A stretch of 64,000 bases of DNA, from positions 1-64,000 of IMG/VR virus record IMGVR_UViG_3300042515_001753, one strand, 5' to 3'. The notes under the pieces are model-generated. The model was given only the letters and a program-made list of their open reading frames with translations. It did not search any database and was not told the origin of the DNA. The position numbers and the translations under genes were made by a program. Shown piece after piece: positions 45,445 through 55,834 of the stretch. The first letter of the stretch is position 1; each line of letters starts with the position of its first letter.

Positions 45445-47745
45445 TCAGATTTTGCAACTTTCACAGTCGTCTTCATCAGAACTCATAATATCATACAGGA
45501 GGGATTGAAGTTCTTCTTTAGATTCTTCAACCACTTCATCAGTCTTAATATCATAAGTATTCTGATAATAACTTGTTTTCCAACCTAGTTTATAAGTTGT
45601 AAGAAGGTCTTGTGCCATTACCGACACAGGTACTTCATTATTGGGATAATTTTCTGGATTATACGACCAGTTTCCAGAAATTGCCTGATCAAAGAACTTT
45701 TGCATAACAGCAACAATATTGATATAACCAGTATTGCTAGGCATATCCCAAAGAAGCGTATAGTTGTTCTTAAGAGTTTGATACTGGGGGACAATCTGCT
45801 TGAGAGGTCCTTTCTTTGATTTCTTAATGGACAAGTATCCCCGAGGTGGTTCAATTCCATTTGTTGCATTTGACACAACGGAACTGCTCTCCGAAGGCAT
45901 TTGTGCCGACAGTGTTGAGTTCCGTACTCCATATTGCTTAACTTGTTCCCTAAGACTATCCCAATCATACTTTAAGTTATTCGGAACAATTTCATCAACA
46001 TCCTTCTTGTATGTATCAATCGGTAGAATACCCTGACCATACTTAGTACGATGAGAATACTCACAGGCACCTTTTTCTTTCGCAAGATTTACGGTTGCCT
46101 TAATCAGATAATATTGGAATGCCTCACTCAAGTCGTGTACTAGTTTCCAGGCACCAGGGTCTCCATAGTTTTCTCCATTCTTGGCAAGATAGTGTGCCAG
46201 ACCAATATAACCTATCCCAAGTGATCGGCGCCTCTTGGTGAAGTTCTCTGCTGCCTTTACGGGGTAATTTTGATAGTCAATAATCTCATCCAAAGCACGA
46301 ACAGAAAGATCGCAAAGTTCTTTCATATCATCAAAGTGCTTTAATTTTCCAACATTTATCGCAGATAGAATACAAGTTGCGACTTCTCCATTCTCATCAT
46401 CAATATGCTGTATTGGAGTCGTGGGTTCGGTGATCTCCATACAAAGGTTACTCATATTAACCTTATCCAGATAAGAACTATGAGAGTTGCAGTGGTCAAT
46501 ATTCATAATGTAAATACGACCGGTCTCTGCTCTTTCCTTCAGAAGATCCAGAAAAAGTTCTTGTGCTCCAATAGTTTTTCTTGGAATAGACTCATCTTGC
46601 TCCGCATTTACATATATCTCATCGAATGAATCTGTACCAAAAGCATCATACAATCCGGGAACTGAGTGTGGGGAGAAAAGTGTGATCTCCTGATTCTTGA
46701 TGAATCTTTCATAGAACAGTTTGGATATTTGAATTCCATAATCCAATTTACGAACACGATTATCTTCAGTTCCTTTGTTATTTTTGAGAACTAGAATGTC
46801 TTCTATTTCTTGGTGCCAGATAGGAAAGAAAACTGTAGCAGAACCACCTCTGATGCCGTTCTGAGTGCAGCATCGGACAGTTGCCTCAAACTTCTTAAGG
46901 AAGGGCACCACGCCTGTGTGTTGTACCTCTCCGCCTCTGATTTTGCTGTTGATGCCACGTATTCTACCAGCGTTAATGCCGATACCAGCCCTTTGTGAGA
47001 CATATTTACCAATAGCCACATCGCTGCTAAAGATGCTATCGAGGGTGTCATCAACATCAACGAGAACACAAGATGCAAATTGACGAAGTGGAGTTCTGAC
47101 TCCTGCCATAATCGGCGTTGGGATGTTGATTTTGTGTTTGCTGATTGCGTCATAATATTTTTTAACGTAATCCAAACGAGTTTCCTTTGGATATTTAGAG
47201 AAGATGGTAGCAGCAATCATCAGGTACATAAACTGAGGAGTCTCATAAAGAGCACCGGAACTTCTGTCCTGAACCAGATACTTATCAACCACCTGACGGA
47301 GACCCGCATAGGTGAAGAGATAATCACGCTCATGTACAATAAAGGACTGAAGTTTCTCAAACTCTTCATCACTATAAAGACTCAGAATCTCGGCATCATA
47401 GACACCCTTATCAACACAATTATGAACGTGTTCAATCAGAGTAGGGCACTCGTGCATACGACCGAATAACTGCTTGCGGAGAGCGAACAGAAGCAGGCGA
47501 GCGGCAACAAACTGATAGTTAGGGTGGTCTAGGTCAATCAAGTCGCTTGCAGAGCGAATTAGAATCTCCTGAACCTCCGATGTGGTAATGCCATCATAAA
47601 ACTGAATACCGGACTGCATTTCAACTTGAGATGCCGATACTCCTGCTAAGTCCTTACACGCTTCTTCTACCATTAGGTGAAGTTTGTTTAAGTCAAGACC
47701 CTCAATCGATCCGTTTCTTTTAATAACCTTTGTTCCGTTGCTCAT
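45445..47745 (-). CDS. nrdA: Ribonucleotide reductase class Ia alpha subunit
   Basis: ATP cone, QFASC, SNLCME, C-terminal CESC. Confidence 0.97.
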   Translation of the reverse strand: MSNGTKVIKRNGSIEGLDLNKLHLMVEEACKDLAGVSASQVEMQSGIQFYDGITTSEVQEILIRSASDLIDLDHPNYQFVAARLLLFALRKQLFGRMHECPTLIEHVHNCVDKGVYDAEILSLYSDEEFEKLQSFIVHERDYLFTYAGLRQVVDKYLVQDRSSGALYETPQFMYLMIAATIFSKYPKETRLDYVKKYYDAISKHKINIPTPIMAGVRTPLRQFASCVLVDVDDTLDSIFSSDVAIGKYVSQRAGIGINAGRIRGINSKIRGGEVQHTGVVPFLKKFEATVRCCTQNGIRGGSATVFFPIWHQEIEDILVLKNNKGTEDNRVRKLDYGIQISKLFYERFIKNQEITLFSPHSVPGLYDAFGTDSFDEIYVNAEQDESIPRKTIGAQELFLDLLKERAETGRIYIMNIDHCNSHSSYLDKVNMSNLCMEITEPTTPIQHIDDENGEVATCILSAINVGKLKHFDDMKELCDLSVRALDEIIDYQNYPVKAAENFTKRRRSLGIGYIGLAHYLAKNGENYGDPGAWKLVHDLSEAFQYYLIKATVNLAKEKGACEYSHRTKYGQGILPIDTYKKDVDEIVPNNLKYDWDSLREQVKQYGVRNSTLSAQMPSESSSVVSNATNGIEPPRGYLSIKKSKKGPLKQIVPQYQTLKNNYTLLWDMPSNTGYINIVAVMQKFFDQAISGNWSYNPENYPNNEVPVSVMAQDLLTTYKLGWKTSYYQNTYDIKTDEVVEESKEELQSLLYDIMSSDEDDCESCKI

Positions 47746-48713
47746 ACTTTCTTCCATTCGTTAAACTTTACTTTTGCTTCTAAACCTGTTCGTGTATTCA
47801 ATTTTAACACATCCATAACCGAAAGTCCAGCAAGCACCATATCATTAATGTCCTTTTGCTGAATAGATTTTGACCAAATCACAACCTTACTTCCACTCTC
47901 AATAATCTTATTCATACGATTACAGATTTCTCGATTTCGTGGTTCATTATCAAAGACATAAACAACATCCTTAAAATTGCAGGATGATACATCAACATCG
48001 GCACCACACATAGCGATTCCATTCTCTACAAACTCAGAGTCAAATGGTCCTTCGACAATATAAACCGTCTCATTTGCATTTACCTTATTGAGTCCATAAA
48101 GTTTGGGAATCGAATCATCCAAGATGACGGTAATGTATTTAACACTATTCGGTCCTAGTGCTCTTCCTTGAAATCCGAAGACTTCTCCTTCCCTAGTGTA
48201 TAGTGGTATGACTATACGACTCTCATCCTTTACAATCCTACTAAATGTAGGTTTTTGAGTATTCACCCACTCCTGAAACTTGTCAGCAAAATAAAACTTT
48301 TCCGGATTGAGTTTTCTTTTTTCCAAGTATTCTTTAGCAATTTGATTGGACGATGCTTTAGGAAGATTTAGTTTCTTTTGGAAGACTGGTTTTGAGAACT
48401 CAAACTTTGGTTCTTCAACCACAAAGTTCTTACCAGTATGACCTTCCTTAAATTTCTCAAGTGTATATTGTTTGTGAAGAGTTGGGTCCAGTTCTTTGAG
48501 GAAGTTATTAAATGATAAACTTGACCCACAGTTATGGCACTTAAAGTTTGTATTAGTCTTTACGGCATACAAATATCCCCTTGTCTTACTTTTATTCTTT
48601 TGAGAATCTCCACAAAGAGGGCAGCGAAAATTGTAGAGGTTTGATTTAACTCTTTTAAATTTCTGAAGGCGTGACGAAACTAATCCAATATACTTGGAAT
48701 CAATCAAATCCAT
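47742..48713 (-). CDS. 61: DNA primase (T4 gp61)
   Basis: FRCPLCGDS..CHNC, IVEGPFDS, FDNEPRN. Confidence 0.95.
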   Translation of the reverse strand: MDLIDSKYIGLVSSRLQKFKRVKSNLYNFRCPLCGDSQKNKSKTRGYLYAVKTNTNFKCHNCGSSLSFNNFLKELDPTLHKQYTLEKFKEGHTGKNFVVEEPKFEFSKPVFQKKLNLPKASSNQIAKEYLEKRKLNPEKFYFADKFQEWVNTQKPTFSRIVKDESRIVIPLYTREGEVFGFQGRALGPNSVKYITVILDDSIPKLYGLNKVNANETVYIVEGPFDSEFVENGIAMCGADVDVSSCNFKDVVYVFDNEPRNREICNRMNKIIESGSKVVIWSKSIQQKDINDMVLAGLSVMDVLKLNTRTGLEAKVKFNEWKKV

Positions 48714-48724
48714 TATAAAGGGTA

Positions 48725-49168
48725 CTATTTTGCTTTTTCTATTCTAATCTTTTCTGCGTCTGGTGTCAAGACATCCACAACCATACTTGACTGAGAAAAC
48801 GCAAAAGAAACTATTACTAAAGCACCCGCAACTAACCAACGAAACTTTGTTACGTCATCAACCTTTTTATCTACAGATTCTATACGATTATCTATCTTTT
48901 TTTCTAATGATTCAAACCTTTCGATTACTCTACCGTGCTCTTCTGTATTTTTATCTTCCATCACCCGAATTCGACTAAAAATTACCTCATCAGTCTTATT
49001 AGTATTATCCAACTTTTCTTCATGGACTGCTAACATCTTCGATATGCTTTGACTAGTCTGTCCCATTATCTGAATGGCTTCATCTATCTTTTTCATCATA
49101 ACCTCATAGGAAGTAAGACGTTCTTCGAGAACCGCTATTTTTGTTTCGTTAGATGATTTGGTAAACAT
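48725..49168 (-). CDS. Coiled-coil protein with C-terminal TM segment
   Basis: KIAVLEER..MLAVHEEK..FRWLVAG. Confidence 0.65.
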   Translation of the reverse strand: MFTKSSNETKIAVLEERLTSYEVMMKKIDEAIQIMGQTSQSISKMLAVHEEKLDNTNKTDEVIFSRIRVMEDKNTEEHGRVIERFESLEKKIDNRIESVDKKVDDVTKFRWLVAGALVIVSFAFSQSSMVVDVLTPDAEKIRIEKAK

Positions 49169-49232
49169 TTTTTTTGTTGGTGGGTATATGGTTCTACAAA
49201 ACAAAAAAATCAAGTAGTGGTCTTGCTATTAT

Positions 49233-49445
49233 TTATTTGGGTTTTCTTCTTTGCATTCTGGCAAGATTTTTGAAGAATGGGTTCCAATTCCTTCTCTTTC
49301 CTTTTCTCAAATCTACTGGAGGATTATCACCTGCTTCTACTGTACCGGCAATCTTTCCACCAGCAAGACTATTAGTAGGGGCAGCACCACCCTCACCCTC
49401 CTCTTTGAGATTATGAATAATATCAATAATCTTGTTTATATCCAT
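49233..49445 (-). CDS. Hypothetical protein
   Basis: EE..PTNSLAGGKIAG. Confidence 0.6.
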   Translation of the reverse strand: MDINKIIDIIHNLKEEGEGGAAPTNSLAGGKIAGTVEAGDNPPVDLRKGKRRNWNPFFKNLARMQRRKPK

Positions 49446-49816
49446 TAGATTTTTTGTAGTTGAGATAGGCACTCAGAATCTTCAACAATTTCGTGTATCT
49501 GAGTTTTGGGATATTCCGGTAAACGATTTAAGAACAGTAAAAAACTTTTAATAGACGGCCACAGTTCCTTTTCTAAGTTATAGAATAATAAAGGAACTGC
49601 GGCATCATTAAAAACATTAAAGAGAATAATGAGATGATTTAAGATGAGATGAGTTTTTAATTCTCCGGTATTTTTATATCTTTTTAATAATCTTTTTACA
49701 TATCTTATTCTTTTCAAATCAGACTCAAAGTCCTCCATCGTGACTGATTGAGGATTTTCATAATACTTAATGGCAAATAATATATAATTATTCTCATTCA
49801 ACTCATCAAATCTCAT
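49445..49816 (-). CDS. Conserved T4-like cyanophage protein
   Basis: FAIKYYENP..HLILNHLIILFNVF. Confidence 0.75.
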   Translation of the reverse strand: MRFDELNENNYILFAIKYYENPQSVTMEDFESDLKRIRYVKRLLKRYKNTGELKTHLILNHLIILFNVFNDAAVPLLFYNLEKELWPSIKSFLLFLNRLPEYPKTQIHEIVEDSECLSQLQKI

Positions 49817-49822
49817 AGGTTA

Positions 49823-50695
49823 TTATGCGTAATCAAGAGTTGCTGCGTTAGAAGTTGCTGTTGCTCCACCAGTTGAAGTAACCACGGTACGATACTGGTA
49901 TCCATCAGGAATATTAGCACCGACAGTTGTTGAACCAATTCCGACTGTTGCCGTAGTTACATTACTGTAAATTCCACCGTTGGCAAGGTTAGTAAATCCT
50001 GCACCAACATAAGAAGCATACTGCCACTGGAATGTGAGAGGTGCTGTTGGGGTTGCACTTGCTACAACACTAAATGATTGTGCCGCAGTTGTAGAAACTC
50101 CACTCAGACTTACTGGTTGAGTAGTAATTGTAATGTAACGGTCTGGGAATACGGCATCATCAAGAGCATCACCTGTTGCACCATAAGTTGCGGGTACATT
50201 AGAACTAATACCAGACATAGCTACGAGAACTTCTGATTTGACTCTTAAGTATCCGTGCTGGTCAATGTAAGTGTGAATCCCAACCCAACCGGCGTGTGCT
50301 ACTTTATACTTAGAACCAGTTGCGGCGTTGGCAGCAGCTTCGTATTCATCTACACCATAAACTGCATTGGTTAAACCAGTAGAAGTGGTTTGAATACCTG
50401 CGTAATTTGAATCTTCTAATGTATAAACTGGTTTTTGCGTTAAAGTATATCCAACTCCAGAAATTGCTGCTCCACTCAGATATTGAGTTGTTGCAATTGA
50501 AACAACTAGATCCGAAGTAATTCCGGAAATTACTGCCTGCCCGTATGTACCTCCTACACCAATAACAATTGTAGTTCCAGTTGAAATACCAGCAGCGGTA
50601 AATGAAGTACCAGCTCCAGTAATAGTTTCAGTAGAGTAGTTTACTGAAACTGTACCGGGAGAAAATAAATTGTCTGCCTTGCCCCAAAGAGCCAT
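49823..50695 (-). CDS. Virion structural protein with C-terminal Ig-like domain
   Basis: MALWG, AHAGWV, ITTQP..FQWQ..GYQYR..SNAATL; late promoter 50727-50734. Confidence 0.75.
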   Translation of the reverse strand: MALWGKADNLFSPGTVSVNYSTETITGAGTSFTAAGISTGTTIVIGVGGTYGQAVISGITSDLVVSIATTQYLSGAAISGVGYTLTQKPVYTLEDSNYAGIQTTSTGLTNAVYGVDEYEAAANAATGSKYKVAHAGWVGIHTYIDQHGYLRVKSEVLVAMSGISSNVPATYGATGDALDDAVFPDRYITITTQPVSLSGVSTTAAQSFSVVASATPTAPLTFQWQYASYVGAGFTNLANGGIYSNVTTATVGIGSTTVGANIPDGYQYRTVVTSTGGATATSNAATLDYA

Positions 50696-50783
50696 GTTTC
50701 TTACCTATAAAATTCTTTTCTGATAATATTTATAAAAAAAGGAGACCTTGGTTTTGGTCTCCTTATTATTAACTTAGTTTAAT

Positions 50784-50969
50784 TCAGGGAGTAGGGTCTA
50801 CTGCACCTTTTTTCTTAAGATGTGTTTGAATTTGAAGAATTACAAAAGAAACAATTCCATTTGCTTTTAGTTGTGGAATTGAACCAAGTAATTCGGAAAC
50901 AACTAGAAGAATAGTTGCTACTGTCGCTTCATTTGCAACAATCCATGCCCAGATAAGTCCAGTGGTCAT
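50784..50969 (-). CDS. Small membrane protein
   Basis: Hydrophobic 61 aa; GAGG RBS. Confidence 0.6.
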   Translation of the reverse strand: MTTGLIWAWIVANEATVATILLVVSELLGSIPQLKANGIVSFVILQIQTHLKKKGAVDPTP

Positions 50970-51006
50970 AATTACCTCGTGTGAAGAGTTCTGTTTTATT
51001 TATGAA

Positions 51007-52485
51007 CTAGGTTCCTCTAGTATCCATTCTAAAGTCTGCTGCTGCTTTTCTAGCATTACGGCGTAGTGCTGCTTTACGTTCTAAAGGACTAAGAACACCC
51101 TTTTTTCTAGCCTCCTCACTAGGAGAGGGTGGTTTTTCTCCACTCTTTGGTTCTTGCCTTGAACCACCATACTTCAGGGGTGGTTTATTTCTTTCTTTAA
51201 CTCTAGGGTCGCCACCTTTTTGAGTTGGTCTACCAGTCTTTGTATTAATACCGGTTTCTCTTTCGGAACGATTCAGCTCATCAATCTGCTCACCTTCTGG
51301 TTCATAAGACATCTTAAGACCCATCAATCCAAGTTTAGTTCTTAATCTATCCCTCACAGTTTTCATAGAACGGGGGTCTTCCTCTTCACCATTCTTTTTT
51401 TTCTTATCATCAGAACCACATTCCATTTCTTCCTTTACTTTTTCTGGAAGACCTTTGTGCTTGGTTGATGCAAACTTCTTTGCTTCTTTTTTGGTAATTT
51501 CTTTTGCAGCTTGGGCAACTTCAGGACTTGCGGCAGGTTTTCCTTTTTTGGCAGCATAAACCATACCCATAAAACGCTGTTGTGCCTGACTAACTGCCTT
51601 TTCGGCAATCAGTTCACCCTCAAGTTCATTATGTGCCATTAGTCCCTTACCTTGTTCGGGAGCAACAACTACTTTATTCTTAACTTTTCCTTTTTTATAA
51701 TCAATTTTTGTGGTATTAGAATCTTCGGTTTCTGCTTCGTGAATGAACTCTTCTTTACGAGTTGCGATAGCATTTCCAATCGCACCACGCCTCTTCATTA
51801 GGTACTTATCGGACTTATCCTTATCTCCATCATTATCAACATCACCATCTTCTTGACCTACGGGGTCTAATCCTTTACCTGCCGCAACTCTTGCCGTTTG
51901 AGAACCCTTCTTTCTCTCACCCTCATAAGGTTCGCCATACTGAGTCATCTCAACGGATTCAATATTTGGATTCGCACGAAGTTGATTAATTTTCTCACGG
52001 GTTGCCATTCTCACATAAGACCTTTTAGTATTCTTATCGGTTACTCTTACCTTATACTTTCTGTGCTCTGCCGAATCCAATTCTTCAACATAGGTTAGAG
52101 AAATTGGTTCTTGTTCTTGCTCGGTTCCTTCAACAAAAACCTTAAAGAGTGCCTTCGCAAGAGAATCTGATGCGGCACTCTTAAATGCAGGATTAAAATC
52201 TTCTGCCTTCATACTACTACCTTCTTTGCCGAATAGTTTTGCCTTGACCATCTTTCTTTCCTCACCTCCCATACTGCTATTTTGCATATATTGAGAAAAT
52301 GCCTGAGGAAGTGGAATATCTTCTCTTCTTGCTCTATAACGAATATCATATACTGCCTGCTTTGCCTTTTTCTCAGGAGACTTTCCAGAATCTTCTTTTT
52401 TATCGTTCTTGTCAGTAGGACCAGAACCGGCAGCAGCAGGAGCAAATTTTCTTGCTGGCAATTCTTCGGCAATATGATTTTTCAT
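51007..52485 (-). CDS. Large charged hypothetical protein
   Basis: DGDVDNDGDKDKSDKYL, AVSQAQQRFMGMV..FASTKHKGLPE. Confidence 0.7.
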   Translation of the reverse strand: MKNHIAEELPARKFAPAAAGSGPTDKNDKKEDSGKSPEKKAKQAVYDIRYRARREDIPLPQAFSQYMQNSSMGGEERKMVKAKLFGKEGSSMKAEDFNPAFKSAASDSLAKALFKVFVEGTEQEQEPISLTYVEELDSAEHRKYKVRVTDKNTKRSYVRMATREKINQLRANPNIESVEMTQYGEPYEGERKKGSQTARVAAGKGLDPVGQEDGDVDNDGDKDKSDKYLMKRRGAIGNAIATRKEEFIHEAETEDSNTTKIDYKKGKVKNKVVVAPEQGKGLMAHNELEGELIAEKAVSQAQQRFMGMVYAAKKGKPAASPEVAQAAKEITKKEAKKFASTKHKGLPEKVKEEMECGSDDKKKKNGEEEDPRSMKTVRDRLRTKLGLMGLKMSYEPEGEQIDELNRSERETGINTKTGRPTQKGGDPRVKERNKPPLKYGGSRQEPKSGEKPPSPSEEARKKGVLSPLERKAALRRNARKAAADFRMDTRGT

Positions 52486-52505
52486 ATTAAGACTTTACTA
52501 CTTTA

Positions 52506-53825
52506 CTATTTTCTATACTTATTTATAAACTCCCTGATATTGGATACCTTATAACCACGATAGGGTTTTGCTCCGTATTGTAGATTTGTTTCGGGTGCCT
52601 CGGGAGTCATATCCGCAACATACTTATAGAATCCAGATGTTCCAACTAAAGTATTTGGTTTTCCAGGTTCTCTCATCTTTCTATTCATCGTAACTTCGGT
52701 ATATTTCTTTGTTTCCATTACATCCTTAATCCAGGACTTAAACATCATACCAGATTCGGTTACACAAATCAGATAGTTAGTACCACGACGCAGGATTCTT
52801 CCAACAAGTCCGGTATTCAGATTCTCAACTAGTTGACCGATTTGGAAGATTTTTTCTGAAATATAATTCTCACGAAGAGTCTGGTAATCAAACTTAGGAG
52901 CAATTTCCCAGAGGTTCCAACTTTCATTAATACCCATAGATGCTCTTACGGAATCAAATAATTCCTGTGCCGATTTACGCTTCATCTCTGGCGGAAGACC
53001 TTCTCTAAACTTACGAAAATCTCCTTCGGCAGCGGCAAGTCTCATTCTGGAAGCCGACATTCCCTCAACACCTTTGGCATCGGGGTCTCTATCACCGGCA
53101 GAAACTACTTCAATATTATCAAAGGCATACAGTTGCCCGTTATAATTACCAGAAAGTTTCTCAAACTCCTTTACACGGTCAGAACCACCCACAATTCTAA
53201 CATTCGTATATCCATCATTATGTGCCTTCTTAAGAACATCAAAGATAGTTTTATTTGCGGCATCATTCACAATTCTTTCACTATGAGCAGGAAACATCTG
53301 TCTCATATATGAAATCTTTGTATCAGGGTCCAGCGGATTCTTTTTCTTATCCTGACTTCTGGATGGATAGATTAGATAGTCTCCACCATCTGCCTGTGAT
53401 GAAGCAGCGGCAACATCCATCAATTGCTGGTGTCCGACCGTAGGGGGATTAAAACGACCAAAAGCAATCGTAAGAGTTCCCTTGGTCTTAGGAACTGGTG
53501 GTGGCGTTGCCACCGGTTGTTGAGGTTCCTGTGCTACTGGTTGCTGCTCTGGTGCTGGTTCTTGCTGCTGCTGTGGTGGTTGTTGAGCATTTGGGTCATT
53601 ATAACTTGGAGAAGGAACATCCTTTTCGTGTGGAGTTTGATTTGGGTCCTTTCCTACTCTCTGTCTCTTATTATAGAACTTTAACTTTCCACCTTCTGTT
53701 TTGGCAACAAACTCATTAGTTCTTCTATCATACCAACCACCGTGCCCGTCACCCTGCAATCCAACACGCTGAGCTTGGTCTGCTGCAGAAGTTGCTTCTG
53801 ATATGAACTGAAAGAAACTTTTCAT
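52506..53825 (-). CDS. Cytidylyltransferase-like nucleotidyltransferase
   Basis: FGRFNPPTVGH, VGGSDR, SAGDRDPD, MSASRMR. Confidence 0.85.
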   Translation of the reverse strand: MKSFFQFISEATSAADQAQRVGLQGDGHGGWYDRRTNEFVAKTEGGKLKFYNKRQRVGKDPNQTPHEKDVPSPSYNDPNAQQPPQQQQEPAPEQQPVAQEPQQPVATPPPVPKTKGTLTIAFGRFNPPTVGHQQLMDVAAASSQADGGDYLIYPSRSQDKKKNPLDPDTKISYMRQMFPAHSERIVNDAANKTIFDVLKKAHNDGYTNVRIVGGSDRVKEFEKLSGNYNGQLYAFDNIEVVSAGDRDPDAKGVEGMSASRMRLAAAEGDFRKFREGLPPEMKRKSAQELFDSVRASMGINESWNLWEIAPKFDYQTLRENYISEKIFQIGQLVENLNTGLVGRILRRGTNYLICVTESGMMFKSWIKDVMETKKYTEVTMNRKMREPGKPNTLVGTSGFYKYVADMTPEAPETNLQYGAKPYRGYKVSNIREFINKYRK

Positions 53826-54073
53826 TACTTACTTAATTTTTTCTTACGAATATTCGCCATTATTGCTTCTTTATTAGCAACAATATAGTTTAATCCATTT
53901 TTTCTAATCTTAATATATTTATTCTTTAACAATTCTGATTTATTTAATTTAATTTCATTATCAAGAGTAAAGTAAAAATACTTTATAAAATCATTCATTA
54001 CATCTTTTGGTAATGATTTTTTAGTGGTGAAGATATCAATAATATTATTAAGAAATGCTTGGAGGTCTTTCAT
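53825..54073 (-). CDS. Hypothetical protein
   Basis: 82-aa ORF, coupled on both sides. Confidence 0.6.
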   Translation of the reverse strand: MKDLQAFLNNIIDIFTTKKSLPKDVMNDFIKYFYFTLDNEIKLNKSELLKNKYIKIRKNGLNYIVANKEAIMANIRKKKLSK

Positions 54074-55203
54074 ATTAGAAACATTCCTGGTTGTGCTTCA
54101 AGGTAATTTCTTGGATAAAATCTATATGATTTTCCCATAGAAGCATTTGAACTTGCTACTTCCATTTTATATCTAATTTGAATAATTAAATTACTATTAC
54201 CAGAAAGTCTAGTTCCATCCGGTTTTGAAAGATAAATCTCTATTTTGGGGTCTCCAGATGCATTCATTCTAGCACTATATCTACTGTTTGCAAGTATATC
54301 TCTAAACTCTCTATTGGCAACTCTGGTCTTTACTTGACCTGTGCTTGTAAATTTAACTAGTTCGGTATTTACATTTCTAGATAGTCCAAAAATAATATAA
54401 TCAGCAAATTTAACTTTAGTATCCGTAGATTCTACAGTATCTAATCCTTCATTTAATTTTTCAGTTGCATATGCATAAACAAGTCTTGCCGCTTTTTTTA
54501 ACTGTTCTCCACCACCAGTAGACTTTGCCGATTCCCTTGATGGATACTTTTTAGTGTATACTTCAATATCAAAAAAATTATCAATAAATTTCTGATATTT
54601 TTCTTGAATTGGAGATACATCTAAACCCATCTCACCAAAAATACTTAAAAACTTATCAAATCCTTGTCCCGATACTTGATGGAATTGTTCCCCACCAGAA
54701 ACCTTTAAAGAATAGTCAATATTTCTAAACCTTTTATCAGGATTGGTGGGGGAATTAACTTCTACGTTAACATCTGCTTTAGTTCCTTTTTGGTCTAATG
54801 TTCCTGCAGCAGATATTCTAATATTATCTTCTCTTTCATTAATTGATAGTCCCCTTGCTTGAGCATTCAATCTACTATGAGAATTAACAAATGATACTGC
54901 ACCGGATCTTAAATCTGAAACTTTATTCCAATTTGCTCTAACTGATAAAAAATCTTGAGCCTTTCTAGGAACAGATACTGTTACTGAAACCGTATCAATT
55001 ACAGCACTCCCAACATCATTAACTTGTTTAGCATACCCACGCTTCATCATTTCAGTCAATATAATATCAACATCAGATGTATTTACAGTTGGTAATGTTT
55101 TTGAAGTCTTTAGTTTTGCTCTTTTTACAAACCGAGCAGCAACTGCGGCAGCAAAAAATACCTCAAATAAATCACCTCTATTTGCTGGAATAGATTCTGC
55201 CAT
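54070..55203 (-). CDS. Hypothetical protein, possible PD-(D/E)XK nuclease fold
   Basis: RGDLFE..KADV..YSLK; late promoter CTAAATA. Confidence 0.5.
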   Translation of the reverse strand: MAESIPANRGDLFEVFFAAAVAARFVKRAKLKTSKTLPTVNTSDVDIILTEMMKRGYAKQVNDVGSAVIDTVSVTVSVPRKAQDFLSVRANWNKVSDLRSGAVSFVNSHSRLNAQARGLSINEREDNIRISAAGTLDQKGTKADVNVEVNSPTNPDKRFRNIDYSLKVSGGEQFHQVSGQGFDKFLSIFGEMGLDVSPIQEKYQKFIDNFFDIEVYTKKYPSRESAKSTGGGEQLKKAARLVYAYATEKLNEGLDTVESTDTKVKFADYIIFGLSRNVNTELVKFTSTGQVKTRVANREFRDILANSRYSARMNASGDPKIEIYLSKPDGTRLSGNSNLIIQIRYKMEVASSNASMGKSYRFYPRNYLEAQPGMFLI

Positions 55204-55244
55204 AAGTATTTTATTTTTATTTAGTGCTTAAGACTACCGAAGGG

Positions 55245-55424
55245 TCATTCACCAACTACAGCACCAATCTTTTCATCAAGGTCTAAAATCACGGCACGAA
55301 TGTCAGAAATACGAGGAGGAACAGAAAGTTCATCATAGGTATAACCTTTTTGATTCTCAAAAAGAATTTGACGAACGGCAGCGGCAGTCCGAACATCCAT
55401 CTTAACAGATACTGTTTTAGTCAT
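55245..55424 (-). CDS. Hypothetical protein
   Basis: ~60-aa ORF. Confidence 0.6.
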   Translation of the reverse strand: MTKTVSVKMDVRTAAAVRQILFENQKGYTYDELSVPPRISDIRAVILDLDEKIGAVVGE

Positions 55425-55834
55425 CAAATGTCTCCATCTTCACGATTTTCACTATAGTATGCGTCAAAAAATCCGTCTGGATAACGCTTCATCAGTTTAT
55501 CAATATTAGTCTGAATTACTTCATCAAAAGAGACATCAAGAGCAATACACGCTTGTGCCACATACCACATCGTATCACCCAGTTCCTTAATCAAGTGAGT
55601 ACGGGTCTCATCATTCCAAGACTTACCTTGAAAGACCATTTTCTTGACTATTTCTAAAAACTCACCACCCTCGGCATTAATTCCCACAGAGGCAGTCAGA
55701 AGACGCTCAATATTAGCACCTTTCTCATCCAACTGAACCATACGGTCAGAAAGAGCAAGGAAATCTTTGGATGCATCAGAAGTTACGGCATCTACGAAGT
55801 TCTGATACTTATTAAAATCAACTCGTTGTGTCAT
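55424..55834 (-). CDS. mazG: MazG-like nucleotide pyrophosphohydrolase
   Basis: AEGGEFLEIVKK, KELGDTMWY, NIDKLMKRYP. Confidence 0.92.
   Translation of the reverse strand: MTQRVDFNKYQNFVDAVTSDASKDFLALSDRMVQLDEKGANIERLLTASVGINAEGGEFLEIVKKMVFQGKSWNDETRTHLIKELGDTMWYVAQACIALDVSFDEVIQTNIDKLMKRYPDGFFDAYYSENREDGDI

Noticed and set aside
44218-47757. Introns or inteins in nrdA/nrdB (also checked gp43 and uvsX)
   Set aside because: Continuous ORFs of normal length
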